Shown one piece after another: positions 38,050-52,819 of a stretch of DNA of 64,000 nucleotides; the first letter of the stretch is position 1, and each line of letters starts with the position of its first letter. The notes beneath the pieces are model-generated. The model made no database searches, was not told the origin of the DNA, and saw only the letters and a program-made list of their open reading frames with translations. Source of the stretch: Octopus vulgaris (taxonomy: Eukaryota); the NCBI GenBank assembly GCA_951406725.2, contig OX597821.1, positions 111,662,001 through 111,726,000 of the forward strand, in the 5' to 3' direction. The translations under genes were made by a program, and so were the position numbers.

Positions 38050-38560
38050 TAAGTCCGTGGTGGATTTGTCGTCTTTTGAAGACGCGTTCAAAAGGGGTCT
38101 GTATTTTGTGATAAAGTGAGTTTCTTTACTAATTCGTTAGCTACAGGTTGTATCGTCTCTGAATTGGTAAGAGGGGAAAATTCTGAAGCTAGGATTTGTG
38201 CTATTGGCGCAAATGTCGATATGATGGCTGAATGCTATTTTTCTGTTTTGTGGAATTTTGATCTGGGATCTATGCAGAGACATTCTTTTACGTAGACTGT
38301 TTTTTGTTTGGCCTATGTATTGCTCTTGACACTCAGAGCAGGTTAGTGAGTATATCAGGTTCTCCGAAGTACATGTGAAGTTGCTTTTCACTGTGAAACG
38401 TTGTCCCTTTTTAAAGAAGAACTCTGATCCCTCAATTAAATTGATGCATACCCCACAGCTGTGTCTTCCGCATTTCTTTACCGACGATTTCTGTGTTGTT
38501 GTTGAGCGTATTCGGGCTTGTGTTAGGAGACTTTTCATAGATTTGGGTTGTCACTTGCTG
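38050..38560 (-). pseudogene. Penelope-type GIY-YIG endonuclease with upstream Cys linker
   Basis: KCGRHSCGVC...FTCTSENLIYSLTCSECQEQYIGQTKNSLRKRMSLHRS; continues past the stop at 38137 as RISKETHFITKYRPLLN. Confidence 0.9.
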
Positions 38561-38567
38561 TTTATGA

Positions 38568-38899
38568 TAGTACTTATTCTATTGGCCACCTTTTCCGAAC
38601 CGCTAAGTCACGGAGACGTAAACACACCAGCATCGGTTGTAAATCTATGGTGGCGGAACAAATACAGACACACACACACACGCACACATACACGCGCGCA
38701 CACACACACACACACGCACACACGCGCGCACGCACATGTATATATATGTCCATATACGACGGGCTTCTTTCAGTTTCCGTCTACCAAATCCACTCACTTT
38801 GGTCGGTCCAAGCTATAGTAGAAGACACTTGCCCAAGGAGCTACGCAGTGGGACTGAACCCGGAAGCCAGCTACTTACCACACAGCCACTTCTGCGCCT
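38568..38899 (-). mobile_element. SINE family S1 (tail truncated)
   Basis: Head ...accacacagccacttctgcgcc and centre match S1. Confidence 0.85.
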
Positions 38900-39405
38900 A
38901 TGCCACTCCTGACACACATAATAGATACATGCGTTCATATATATACGTTTATATATATATATATATGTATGTGTGTGAGTGAGTGCGCACACACTACACA
39001 CTTGCACACACACACACGCAGACACAAACATACACATGGACACAAGCACAGACTGCGCAAGCGCTCACACACACATACATGCTCGCAGCTCGTTATGGAA
39101 CAATACTTGAAATAAAATCTGTGTGTGTTAATATCTAGAGCTTTCTTGAAATGCATAGAAGGAACAAATTTGAAGCATATTAAATATAAATACACGTTGC
39201 TTTCTGTATTTATGCATCTATGCATGCATGTGTGTGCGTATGTGTGTTTATGCGAGTGTGTGTGTGTGTGTGTGTGTATTCTAATTTGTAAAATGCATGA
39301 CACGAACAAATTTGAAACATATACATACATGTGGCTGTACAAATACATAAATACATACATACATACATACTTACATACATATATATATATATATATATAC
39401 ATATA

Positions 39406-39555
<150 letters not shown>

Positions 39556-39679
39556 TATATATATACATATATATATATTCACACACACACACACATATAC
39601 GTGTATATATGTGTACATAAATACATACATACATACATACTTACATATATATATATATATATATACATATATACATATA

Positions 39680-39759
<80 letters not shown>

Positions 39760-39761
39760 TA

Positions 39762-39811
<50 letters not shown>

Positions 39812-40414
39812 TATACGTGTATATATGTGTAGTTTTCTAAAAACGCGTCGAATGAAACATATTTGAAAGATATTCATTTTAATCAAATTAATTACATAAT
39901 CTAGCGTAAATTTCGCCAAATATTCCTCCATTATATTTGACAAAAGTTGAATTAGCTTTAAATGGCTTACTTTCATATGTTCCATACTTAATTTACACAC
40001 CGAAAAGGGCGAAGAATAGCTGGATAATCTGCTGTGAAACAAAATCCCAAATAAGCATGTTGTATATTCTATAGAATTATTTATCCAGAAGAACTCATCG
40101 GAATTAAAATAATGACTTAATTACGAAAACCCTAACATATTCAGCAGAGCAATATTTTATTCAAATTATCTTTAGAAGATTAAAAATTATAGGAATTTAT
40201 TTAATTAATTAATATAAATTTGCTTTAAGTATTATATATTATTTGTCAATGATGTTCGCACCAAAATCAAAAGAATTTTACAACAGAATCGGTTCGAATC
40301 AACCTTGATACATGCCTAGATACCTGACGGTTTGTTATTCTTCTATTAGACTGTAAGAGAAATTCGTTCGTTTTTATTTATATATTTATTTATTTATCTT
40401 AATATATTCCAATA

Positions 40415-40825
40415 CTCTTTACTCCTTTATTTGTTTCAGTCATTTGACTGCGGCCATGCTGGAGCACCGCCTTTTAGTCGAGCAAATCGACCCCAGGACT
40501 TATTCTTTGTAAGCCTAATACGTATTCTATCGGTCTATTTTGCCGAACCGCTAAGTTACGGGGACGTAAACACACCACCATCGGTTGTCAAGTGATGTTG
40601 GGGGGACAAACACAGACACACAAACATATACACACACATACGTATACATATATACATATATACGACGGGCTTCTTTCAGTTTCCGTCTACCAAATCTACA
40701 CACAATGCTTAAGTAGGCTCGAGGCTATAGTAGAAGACGCCTGTCCAAGGTGCCACGCAGTGAGAATGAACCCGGAACCATGTGGTATGTAAGCAAGCTA
40801 CTTACCATACAGCCACTCCTGCGCC
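40415..40825 (-). mobile_element. SINE family S1, full length
   Basis: Complete match to S1. Confidence 0.9.
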
Positions 40826-40973
40826 TATGTTTTTTGAATTGACACGAAAGATATTTTTATCGCTGTGTCCTATGCTCTTTCTTGTTTTGTAATTATTCTT
40901 TCTCTACAGATTTCATTTACCATTTTAGAAATAGGAATAAATTCCAGATAGACATATATGTATATATATATAT

Positions 40974-41231
40974 TCGTAGACATTCGATTGCTTTCCTCTA
41001 AGGAGTCTAGTGGTCTTAGCCAAGATTTTCTTGGGGCCGGCCAGATTGGAGCAGTCTCGAGTGTAACCTGCCGAAACAGCTAAGACGATGTGGAACTCGA
41101 CTGAGGATAGGAAATTCCGAATGACCCGTCCTTGTGATTCTTCCTGTCCCTTTTTTGCATCATCTAACTGTCCGAATGTTTTATTGCCGCCTGTTACGTT
41201 CTTGTTCCAGTTTTGATTTCTTTATACATAC

Positions 41232-41262
<31 letters not shown>

Positions 41263-41578
41263 TGTATGTATGTATGTATGTATGCATGTATGTATGTATG
41301 TATTTATGTATGTATGTATGTATGTATGTATAAAGAAATCAAAACTGGAACAAGAACGTAACAGGCGGCAACAAAACATTCGGACAGTAAGACGATGTAA
41401 AAAGGACAGGAAAAATCACAAGGACGGGTCATTCGGAATTTCCTATCCTCAGTCGGGTTCCACATCGTCTTAGCTGTTTCGGCAGGTTACACTCGAGACT
41501 GCTCCAATCTGGCCGGCCCAAGAAAATCTTGGCTAAGACCACTAGACTCCTTAGAGGAAAGCAAGTGAATGTTTACGA
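40974..41578. repeat. Long inverted repeat (~260-bp arms) around a (TATG)n spacer, Penelope-like
   Basis: 40974-41235 is the reverse complement of ~41317-41578 with few mismatches. Confidence 0.9.
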
Positions 41579-42849
41579 GAAAAAAAAAACGGAGAAATGG
41601 TACGCAATTACAAATACAAACAACAGGACGTTATCAACAGGTGTCTTTCGACTAAGGACGAATTAAATTAAGTTGGCGTAGCAGAAAGAGAAACGGGGCG
41701 GGAGAGAGAACGAGAGAGAACATGAGGGAGAAGGGAAGATGTAGGGAGGGAGAGAGAGAGAGAGGGGTAATGAGGGAGAGTGAGGACGAGGGATGTGGAG
41801 ACCGGTCGGCTTGCAAACAAACCGATAGACACGCAGCGGGTCTTAACGAAGCGTAATGTCTCGGGGTGAAATGAACAAAACAAACAAACAGTGCAAACAA
41901 AACAAGCAAATAAATAGATAAATGAATAAATGAATAAATAAATAAAGCCAGCTCCGCAGCGAATTGTGGTGAAGCCTTAGATTCGTTTTTCCTTGATTTT
42001 ATTTCTACCATTATTTCAGGATTAGAATCATGATTTACATTTTCTTTTTTTTTTTTTCTCTTCTTTGTCACTCTGTTGCCGGACTACAAGTACCCACCAC
42101 AACCACCAAACCACCACCACCACCACCACCACCACCATCATTACCACTACCACCATCACTACCACCACAACCACCACCACAACCACCACCAAACCACCAC
42201 CACAACCAAACCACCACCACAACCAAACCACCACCACAACCAAACCACCACCACAACCAAACCACCACCACCAAACCACCATCACCACCACCACCACCAC
42301 CACCACACCACCACCACCACCACCACCACCACCACCACCACCACCACCACCACCACCACCACCACCGCCGCCACTACCACAACCACCACTACTACTGGTT
42401 TCACAGTTCCAATGACTTCACAATTTATTTGTATGAAGTTTTCAAACAGTTTCTTTTTATTTTCGAGTTCTCTTTCTTGAATTTCTCTTCGTCTGTCTCA
42501 TCTCTGCATATATTTTTCTTCTTCTCCTCTCCCTACACCGCTCTGTCTGTACCACCTTCTTGTTATCTATATCTCTGGGCCTCTCCCCCGCCCTCCCTTT
42601 TTCTTTCTCTCTCTCTTCCCCCATATACACCTTCCACAATTCATTTCCATTTCTCTCATACTGCCAAACTTTCTATCAGCAGTCAAGTTTTATGGTTTTT
42701 GAATCAATATATATACTTTTTATTGTATCGATGTCTTCTGACGAACCGCTAAGTTACGGGGACGTAAATACACCAGCATCGGTTGACAAGCGATGTTGGG
42801 GGACAAACACATACATATCTATATATATATACATATATGTATATATATG

Positions 42850-42915
<66 letters not shown>

Positions 42916-43147
42916 CATATATATATATATACACACACATATATATATATATACTTATATACATACATATACATATACATATATATATATAAATAAGGAT
43001 AATATCGATATTTAAATATCGATATCATCAAGTGGCCAGCATGGGAAAAAATACCGTACAAAGGTAATAATTTAACGTGGTTTTTAAAGTCAGGGTTTTG
43101 ACTGCTATTTCGGCATGGTGGTGTCTCTCGGACACCCTTATTTTTAG

Positions 43148-43185
<38 letters not shown>

Positions 43186-43189
43186 AAGA

Positions 43190-43856
43190 AAGAATAAGTA
43201 AACAAAACATGTGGTACCACTTTAGACCATTTAATTTATGATTTAAGCATAGCACAGAGCAGTTACAGTGAATACGTAAATTTTCTTACAGCTGTTTCTA
43301 GAATAGCTAAACATGTGGAACTTACGTTATTGCGTAAAAACTTCCACTCAAGGTAAATCATTTATTACTCTATCTTTCCTTCACACTCTCCTGTATACTT
43401 TTGAAGGGTCATATCTGCCTCATACCTGCCTCACTTTCTCTTCAAAGATGGAACAAGTAACTTCTATCATCTTTTACCTTAAATTTTCTTTGATTTTTCA
43501 ACAATGGAACTATTATCGGAAATTATGTTTTTCTAAGTATTTCCTTATTTCTTCATGCAACTACCAGCCACTATTATCTTTTTTTTTTTTTTTTTTTGAC
43601 TTTGGATATTTCTCAGTTCTTCAAAGAACTGATAACTACTAATATCTTTGTTTTAGGATATTCTTTACTTATTTCCCTCTGATGACGGCGTAGTTAGCTT
43701 AGGTGGGAATCTTTACTCATGCCCCACATGCCCCACATGCTTAGCTGTTCTGTAAACAGTTGTAAGAAACTCTATGTATTTACTATAACTACTCTACACT
43801 ACATTTAAGTTATAGATTAAATACTCTGAAGTGATACCACATGTTTGGCTTATTCT
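43190..43856. mobile_element. Old Penelope-like remnant with ~125-bp diverged inverted ends and a decayed hammerhead
   Basis: 43190-43318 vs 43733-43856 inverted; CTGATGA at 43679 ... TAAACAGTTGTA at 43753; inverted arm retains GAAACAGCTGTA. Confidence 0.6.
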
Positions 43857-43939
43857 GCCTGTCTGTTTGTCTGTCTCTCTCTCTCACACACATCTTGTGT
43901 GTTCAGTTAGATGAACAACAACTACACTATGAGTAGTGG

Positions 43940-44230
43940 AGGCACATGGCCTAGTGGTTAGAGCAGCGGACTCGCGGTCGAGGGATCGCGGGTTCGAATC
44001 TCAGACCGGACAATGTGTGTGTTTATGAGCGAAACACCTAAGCTCCACGCAGCTCCGGCAGAAGGTAATGGCGAAACTTCTGCTGACTCTTCCCCCACAA
44101 CTTTCTCTCACTCTTTCCTCCTGCATCTTGCAGCTCACCTGCGACGGACCGGCGCCCCGTCCAGGTGGGGAACCTATACGCCAAGAAACCGGGAAACCGG
44201 CCCTTATGAGCCAGGCATGGCTCCAGAAAG
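43940..44230 (+). mobile_element. tRNA-headed SINE family S2a
   Basis: TGGCCTAGTGGTTAGAGC...GGGTTCGAATCTC; shares body with 13032-13250. Confidence 0.85.
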
Positions 44231-44344
44231 AACAAGCAACTACACTACGAGTTAGAGCTCTACACAGATTCTCATTATTTTGTCAGCTTCCAATATAATG
44301 GTTAGTCTATCAATGTACTTTATGCTTGTGATTATCTTAATATA

Positions 44345-44531
44345 TATAGTGGCTATGTGGTAAGTAGGTGGTTCAGGAGGGGCTGCGTGGTAATTAGCTT
44401 GCTTCCCAACCACATGGTTCCGGGTTCAGTCCCACTGCGTTGCACCTTGGGCAAGTATCTTCAATTATAGCCTCGGGTCGACCAAAGCCTTGTGATTGGA
44501 TTTGGTAGACGGAAACTGAAAGAAGCCCGTC

Positions 44532-44573
<42 letters not shown>

Positions 44574-44796
44574 GACCTCGTGTGTACCGTTGGTGATTTT
44601 TTTCCTCTGTCTTCCCTTCTCTGGATCTTTCCTTCTCCTATGTTTCCGACGAAGAGCTCCGCTCGAAACGTTAAACCCTCCTTCTTTCCTTCTATCCTGA
44701 GCGTCCAATAATACCATATTTATTCCACGTCCTCGCGTTGTTGTGTTTTTTTGTACTTTCTTGTTTGGATTAACTATATATATATATATATATATG

Positions 44797-44866
<70 letters not shown>

Positions 44867-45063
44867 CATATAGATATACATATATATGCGTATATTTGTG
44901 TGTGTTTGCCCTCGTAACTTAGCGGTTCGGCAAAAGGGACCGATAGAATAAGTACTAGGCTTACAAAAAATAAGTTCTGGGGACGATTTGTTCGACTGAA
45001 AGGTGGTGCTCCAGCATGGCAGCAGTCAGATGACTGAAAGAAATAAAAGAATAAAATAAAAGA
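44345..45063 (+). mobile_element. S1 SINE interrupted in its (TA)n centre by a Penelope-like fragment (44571-44776)
   Basis: Head 44345-44535, tail 44895-45063. Confidence 0.8.
44642..44676 (+). ncRNA. Minimal hammerhead-like motif (U4C)
   Basis: GTTT-CCGACGA-A-GAGC-TCC-GCTC-GAAA-CG-TT-AAAC. Confidence 0.55.
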
Positions 45064-45072
45064 ATATATATA

Positions 45073-45104
<32 letters not shown>

Positions 45105-45105
<1 letters not shown>

Positions 45106-45260
45106 ACGACGGGCTTCTTTCAGTTTCCGTCTACCAAATCTAATCACAGGGATTTGGTCGGCCCGAGGCTTTAGTAGAAGACCCATTCTGAAGATGCCAC
45201 ACAGTGGGTCTGAACTCGGGACCATGTGGTTGGGAAGCAAGCTTCTTACCACACACCCAT
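45105..45260 (-). mobile_element. S1 SINE 5' half, inverted relative to 44345-44535
   Basis: tacgacgggcttctttcagtttccgtctaccaaatc...accatgtggttgggaagcaagc. Confidence 0.8.
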
Positions 45261-45936
45261 GTATCAATACATATGTATATATATACACACACACATTACA
45301 CACATGCGCATGCATATACATATATGTATATATGTATGTGCATATATAAATATATACATATGTTTGTGCGCGCGCACGCGAACGCATATTTGCATATCAC
45401 GCGTGCGCACACACTCAATAAATATACACATACAGACACACACACACGCACACATTGATTCAGCATCTCTCTCTCCCTCTTTCTTTCTCTCTCTTTCAGT
45501 CTCTTCCTCCCACTTTCTCTCCCTTTCCCTTTTCCTCTTGCTCCTCCTTTTTTGTCTCTTCCTTGCCTCCTCTCCCATCTCTCTCCTCATCCTCTCCCAT
45601 TCTCCCTTGTCGTTCCTTTTCCTCTTTTCACTCTCATCCCGTTCTATCCACGCCCAACACTCCATACGTAAAAACACATTTACATTACAACAAACCTAAA
45701 AACCAACCCAACCTTCTAAAAACACCAGCCAAATCACCCGCAAATTACACACCACCACCTTAAAAAAAAAACAAAGGACACATTTGTATAATACAAGCCT
45801 CCTAGATGTCTGGAGAACAAAATTCAGGCTAGACAGTCATGGCTGGAGTACCTTTGATCATATGTCTGTTTAATCAAGCCTGATCTTGTTCCTAAACAAC
45901 AGAATATTTATACGTGTCTTGCAGTTGTTGTTGTTG

Positions 45937-45968
<32 letters not shown>

Positions 45969-46293
45969 GGTGGTGGTGGTGGTGGTGGTGGCGTTGCTGT
46001 TGTTTTGGTTATTGTCGTTGTGAATATTGTTGTTGTTCTTGTTTGTGCTTGATGCCCCTCCACCCAAATATCTAGACATCGTACCTTTTTTTTTACTAAC
46101 TATATTCTTCTCCGAAACCCTCCCCTTCTTTTCCATACTTTCTCCCTCACTATTCATCTCTCTTTCCTTCCCTCCCCCTCTCTCTTTCTCTGCCTGTTTT
46201 CTTTTTTGTTTGTTTTATCCCCCCCCTCTCTCTCTCTCTCTCTCTCTAGTGATCGATCGATCCATCGATTTTTCTACCTGTCTGCTAGACTAT

Positions 46294-46379
<86 letters not shown>

Positions 46380-46381
46380 CA

Positions 46382-46452
<71 letters not shown>

Positions 46453-46611
46453 ATATATATATACATGTTTGTTTGTCTTTCTGACTGTCTGTCTGTCTCT
46501 TCGCTTCTCAATCTCGCTCTCAATCTCTCATTTTCTCATTTTTATTGTTTTTCTCTTCAAGTTATATCTATAACTATCGACTCACACTTGTGCGAGCACA
46601 CACAAACAAGG

Positions 46612-46657
<46 letters not shown>

Positions 46658-47050
46658 GAATATTTTTATGATATATATATATATATAATAAACACTATAC
46701 ATATGTACATATGTGTTTGTGTGTAGGCGTGTGTATTTAAATTAGCATTTAGCATTCCCAAATGTACGTATGAAAGCTATGAGTATGTATAGCACATGGA
46801 TTCGGACGATGCGCGTATATATTTGTGTGTCTAATATATATATATATATATAAATATATGATGGGTGGAAATTAAAATGAAACAGAACAAAATAGGTAAT
46901 CGCTCATTGTATGCATGTGTGCTTCTACAAGTTAACTATTTATTTGTACTTTGTAAGTTTTCACTTAAGATCTCTTTATATATACATATACATACATATA
47001 TATGTGTATATATATATATATATATACATAATATATATACATATATACAC

Positions 47051-47089
<39 letters not shown>

Positions 47090-47144
47090 CGCATACATAT
47101 ATACATACATTCCCACGCACATATATTTATATATTCAAACTCCA

Positions 47145-47187
<43 letters not shown>

Positions 47188-47203
47188 CGTATGTATATAT
47201 ATG

Positions 47204-47234
<31 letters not shown>

Positions 47235-48501
47235 GTATATTCATACAGATATATATATATATACACACACATGTATATACATACATATATATATATACAT
47301 GTATGTATCATTATATATATATATATGTGTGTATATAAATATAACTTCACATTTGCATATATAGGTGCATATATGTATATATTTATACATTCGTCTATAC
47401 ACACACACACACACCCACATATACACCCGCACATAGAGACACACAATTGATACACACACTTCACACACGTGCGCGCGCGCACGCACACACACATACACAC
47501 ACACACACATACACACACGCACTGTTTAGGTGTTCAGCGGGATATGTTCATCCGGACAAGTTTTTGATGAAGGTATTTCAATCAATATCGATGATGTTTC
47601 ATTGTAATCGATCTGACATGCAATTCACTGTTTAACTAGCTGCAACTACATTTATAACGCACATCTTTGTGCAAGCTTCATTTTTATTTTTAACAAGTAT
47701 GTCTACATGTATGTACACGTATTACATGCATTTGTACCCGTATAGATATGTGTGTGCTTGGCGATTCGTGCTTTTGCATTTGGTTTACAGAATGAAAACA
47801 AGAAGTCGGTCAGTTGGTTTGTTTGTTCATATTTATCATTTTTTTTTGTTAGTTTACAAAAATAAAATATATCAGAATGCACTCAGATTTTGTTGATAGT
47901 GAAAAAATGACGAGGGAGGAGGAGAATCTAGACGAATTACGCAACTCTAAGGGGTGGGGCCGAGTCGCATTTACAGACAGAGGTAGTTCAAGAGAACATG
48001 GTGTTGGGAGAAGCGTGTGGGCCTGAGTGTGCGATGGAAGAAATTAGCTGAATGAAAAGAGTTGTATATTGAAAGAGTTACACTGGAATTGATCAGGGGT
48101 GGGTGAGAAAAAGAGGTAGATTAACCACTATAAGAATAATGAAGAACAGTACTTTTTAAACTCTTTTTACCTATCGCTTCCTTTCATTTACTAACAGTTT
48201 TTCAACGACCACTTATTATGATTTAATATAATTAAATACACGCATGTACCTATATGTATGTACATACAAGTGAGAAGGTTATCTAACGCTACAAGTGCAG
48301 CGACCGTCTTTATTGCGTGTATGGCAATAATCTTCAATTTTGAACATTAGGCTTTAGTTTACTTAACGCTAGCTCACACATACACACACGCATGCATGCA
48401 CACACTTTTCACTCTACTTCCCTCTTTCCTCTCTCACATTCATATAAACATATATGTATGAATATGTGCATACATATGTGTGCATATATATATATATACA
48501 C

Positions 48502-48566
<65 letters not shown>

Positions 48567-48591
48567 TGTGTGTGTGTGTGTGTGTGTGTGT

Positions 48592-48860
<269 letters not shown>

Positions 48861-49286
48861 TGTATGTATGTATACATACATGCATACATTCATACATACA
48901 AGTACACACGAACACACACACATACGCACTCATGCACACACTTTTTCCCACAGTTATCCCTCTCCCTCCCTCTTCCCTCTCTCACATTCATATAAATATA
49001 TGTATATATGAATATATATATACTTATGTGTGTGTGTATATATACATATTTATATATGTATACATATACACACAAATATGTATATATATATATGTGTGTG
49101 TGTGTGTGTATACCCAGTAAACTAGAAGAGAGATAGACCTGAAACAGACCTGGTGTAGAGAGGGCCTACCATTGATGAGGTCACGGATGGCGACCAAAGA
49201 ACATAGACAAATCTATCTGAATGGTTCAGTGAACTATTAATCTACAAAATCGTTTACTTAATTGCATGCACGGTTAACCAATTACC

Positions 49287-49339
<53 letters not shown>

Positions 49340-49359
<20 letters not shown>

Positions 49360-49937
49360 CCATCTCGCGAGATATTTTTGTTATGCCCTGATGCAGTACC
49401 AAGCAGTGGCTCTCATGGCTTCTGATCTTAACTTATTGGAAGTGTTATCATATATATTGTTTTGTCTTGGTATAAAAGATGGGCTACAGCAAATATTCTG
49501 CTCAATACCACAGATTTGCTTGTCAGTTGTTTGACCTTAACCAGTTGAGCTTGTCCGTTAGTGGCTGACGATATGTGCATCTCTGATCACGAGCAGAAGT
49601 AGTGGGGGAGCATCATAGCCATGTGTTGAGAGGGATTCTTTGGGGGTTAGAATAATCAACATCTGGAAACAAGTGTTTCGTTCATCATCCTTAAAAAGAC
49701 TTTATTCAGGGACCTTTTGAGCGGTAAGGACTACTCGGCCTGAAGAAAATTCTAACTGGGCCCCACCTGCAAGGTCATGTGCTGTTTATCTTGATATGAG
49801 ATCACCATGTTGCACACATATGGTTGTGATGCATATGCCTGGTGTACCCTTATCGGACGGGTAGTCATGATGGGGATACTGGGCTTCGTATATTTTACCC
49901 CAGTGTCACTTTGATGGCATGCACTGCTCTCTCACTC
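49340..49937 (+). repeat. Longest family T copy, flanked on both sides by (AAT)n
   Basis: Ends ...gctctctcactc(aat)n; homologous to 1-330 and 13857-14056. Confidence 0.8.
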
Positions 49938-49947
49938 AATAATAATA

Positions 49948-50016
<69 letters not shown>

Positions 50017-50018
<2 letters not shown>

Positions 50019-50224
50019 CCTGTCTACTGGAGGCACAAGGGGCCTGAAATTTTGGGGGAAGAGGTACGTCGATCGCATCGATCCCACTACTCAACTGGTA
50101 CTTAATTTGTCGACCTCGAAAGGATGAAAGGCAAAGTCGACCACGGCAGAATTTGAACTCAGAACGTAGCGGCTGACGAAATACCACATTCGGCATGCTA
50201 ACGGTTCCACCAGCTCGCTGCCTA
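50017..50224 (-). mobile_element. SINE family S3
   Basis: gaaaggatgaaaggcaaagtcgac...tttgaactcagaacgta...cagctcgctgcct. Confidence 0.8.
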
Positions 50225-50230
50225 ATAATG

Positions 50231-50344
<114 letters not shown>

Positions 50345-50431
50345 GTAATAACAATAATAATGATAATGAAGAAGAAGAAGAAGAAGAAGAAGAAGAAGAA
50401 GAAGAAGAAGAAGAAGAAGAAGAAGAAGAAG

Positions 50432-50462
<31 letters not shown>

Positions 50463-50926
50463 TAGAAGCAGTGAAATAGAACCAGCGCACGTGTTGTTTT
50501 ACTATTGGTATAATGACCTTCCCAAGGTACAACCCAAATTTTAGTTTCTTGTTTATAACTGACACGCATAACTGGTATATATCTATCTTTTATTCTATCT
50601 TGTATTTCCCCTCTCATTTTCCTCCTTTTCTCTCGCTCCTCCTCTCTCACATTTCTTCGCCCTCTTTCCTTAACGCCCACTACTTCCCACTCGTTTATCT
50701 CCCCTGCATCTTTCTCTTTGTCTCTGATTTTTTTCTAATCCTTCAATTCCGCTGCTCTCTACTCTTTTCTTCTCTTTCCACGTGACCGGTGGTCATGACT
50801 TCTGATACTTGACTGAGGAAAGAAAGCCAAGAATGACCCATATTTTTTCGCCTGTCCTAATTGCTGTTTCTCTTGTCCACCTTTGTGTCGCCTATTTATC
50901 TGAATGTTTTAATGCCCTCTATTGCG

Positions 50927-51047
<121 letters not shown>

Positions 51048-51237
51048 TACATATACATATACATATACATACATATTCGCATTTCGAATTCTATTTTGTT
51101 GATGCTGTGGTTTTTACTGTTAGTGTCGTTGTGATTATGGTCAACAAGCTCTTTATTGGAATATTAAATTAAGCTCTCTTTAAAGTTAATATATAAATGA
51201 GAGACAAAATCTAAAAATTCTAAAAAAAGCTAACACT

Positions 51238-51400
51238 CGCAGGTGTGGTTGTTTGGTAAGAAGTTTGCCTCCTAACCACATGGTTCTAGTTTCAATCCCA
51301 CTGTGTAGCACCTTAGGCAAAGGTCATCTACTATAGTCCCGGGCTGACCAAAGCCTTGTGAATGGATTTGGTAGACAGAAACTGAAAGACGCCCGTAATA
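51238..51400 (+). mobile_element. S1 SINE 5' half
   Basis: accacatggttc...gaccaaagccttgtgaatggatttggtagacagaaactgaaaga. Confidence 0.75.
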
Positions 51401-51754
51401 TATATCTATATATATATATTTGTTTTGCAAGATTTTTGATGTGAAATCGTGTGTTGAAGCAGATATTGTTGTATTTAGGAATGGTCATTTTGCCAGTTTG
51501 GCCAATAAAAATACACGCACTATATATTTGACGTTACTTTACTTCAGCGTTATTTATTTTTTTACATTAATCTTAATCGTATTTCGGCCAGAGTTCTTTC
51601 GTCACACTCCTGTGACCTAATCAGTGGTCCTTTGCTTTCTTCTTTCTTATTTGTGTGTCTCTCCTTACTAACGGTCAGCCATGTCGCTTCTATTTTTTTT
51701 AATTTTTAAGGCTCCATCTTTGGGATGTAGTGAACACAAACAAATTCACATTTG

Positions 51755-52452
51755 GAACATAAGAAAAGTCTTGCATATTTTTACTGTTCCACTCACAGAT
51801 TGCACTTGTAATGTACGAATCAGCCAGTCGATTTCTCTTTCTGAAAATTCCACTTTATCCAGATCCTCCTTTAAGCATTTACTCACAAAACCTAATGCTC
51901 CAATTATTATTGGTATGAATATGAATTCATAGTCTGGATATAGAAGCTGGAGGTTTCGAAGCAGTTGTCCATAGATATCCTCTTTTATTTTTTTTGGTTT
52001 TCAAAGAGGTATTTATATCTGCAGGGCAGCTGACCTCTATGACGGTACATACTTTTGCCCCTCTGTTCATAACAACGATATCCAGCCTGTTATGTTTACA
52101 TTTGACAGAAGTTTTGATGTTAATATTCCACCAGTATTCCTTGAGTTGATGTTCATGAATATATTCCATAACTGAGGGATTTTCTAAGTTTCTTTCAGGA
52201 CAGTCTTTTTTGCGGATGGCATTGTAAATTGTTTTAGCGACAACATCGTACGCATAGGAAGGTAGTACTGTGAGGACATTTTAGGACAGCTGTTAATCAC
52301 ATGCATAATATCTTCCACGGAAACATGACATAGCCTACACATGCAGTTGCACCTTGGGATTACTAGAGCGTCACTGTCTCCCTTGTTCACCAGGCACTTT
52401 GTGGCAATCTCCTGTTCCTGGATTACAAACGCATAGCTTTCGAAATGTGATG
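51755..52452 (-). pseudogene. R4/Dong-like non-LTR retrotransposon C-terminus (CCHC finger plus restriction-like endonuclease)
   Basis: FESYAFVIQEQEIAT, CRLC....EDIMHVINSC, YLPMR, KHNRLDIVV, IEVSCPAD, IPIIIGALG; frameshifted. Confidence 0.85.
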
Positions 52453-52819
52453 TATGTATACATGTAAGTAAGTATGTATCTGTGTGTGTGTGTGTCTTCG
52501 TACTTGTGTTTATATACTCGTAACTTAGTAGTTCAGCATAAGTAACCAATAAAGTCAAGTAGCGAACTTTAAAAAGGATCGATTTAGTCAACTAAAACCC
52601 TTCAAGGCGGTGCCCCAACATGGCCGTAGTCCAATAACTGAAACAAGTAACAGATAAAAGATTAAAGATACAGTAAATACCAGTTATGTCCTGATTGAGT
52701 TTAATCGATTTTACCGCTTCCTCGCTCCAAATATGTGGCGTGGTGCCAACGTAAGAAATCAATAGGTACAATTATTGAAATATCGATTTCTGGCGGGTGA
52801 GAAAGAAATATTAGTTAAG

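Larger units (their letters stand above)
37300..38560 (-). mobile_element. Penelope-like element 3' portion (GIY-YIG endonuclease plus terminal repeat)
   Basis: GIY-YIG remnant followed downstream by a hammerhead motif at 37383-37418; truncated upstream by an S1 SINE. Confidence 0.8.

Noticed and set aside
42030-42752. Pro/His/Thr-rich ORFs resembling extensin or mucin
   Set aside because: (CCA)n microsatellite with a short 21-bp higher-order unit; no splice or domain evidence.
43940-44012. tRNA gene
   Set aside because: A and B boxes are present but there is no clean acceptor stem, and it runs into a repeat body shared with 13032-13250, so it is a SINE head.
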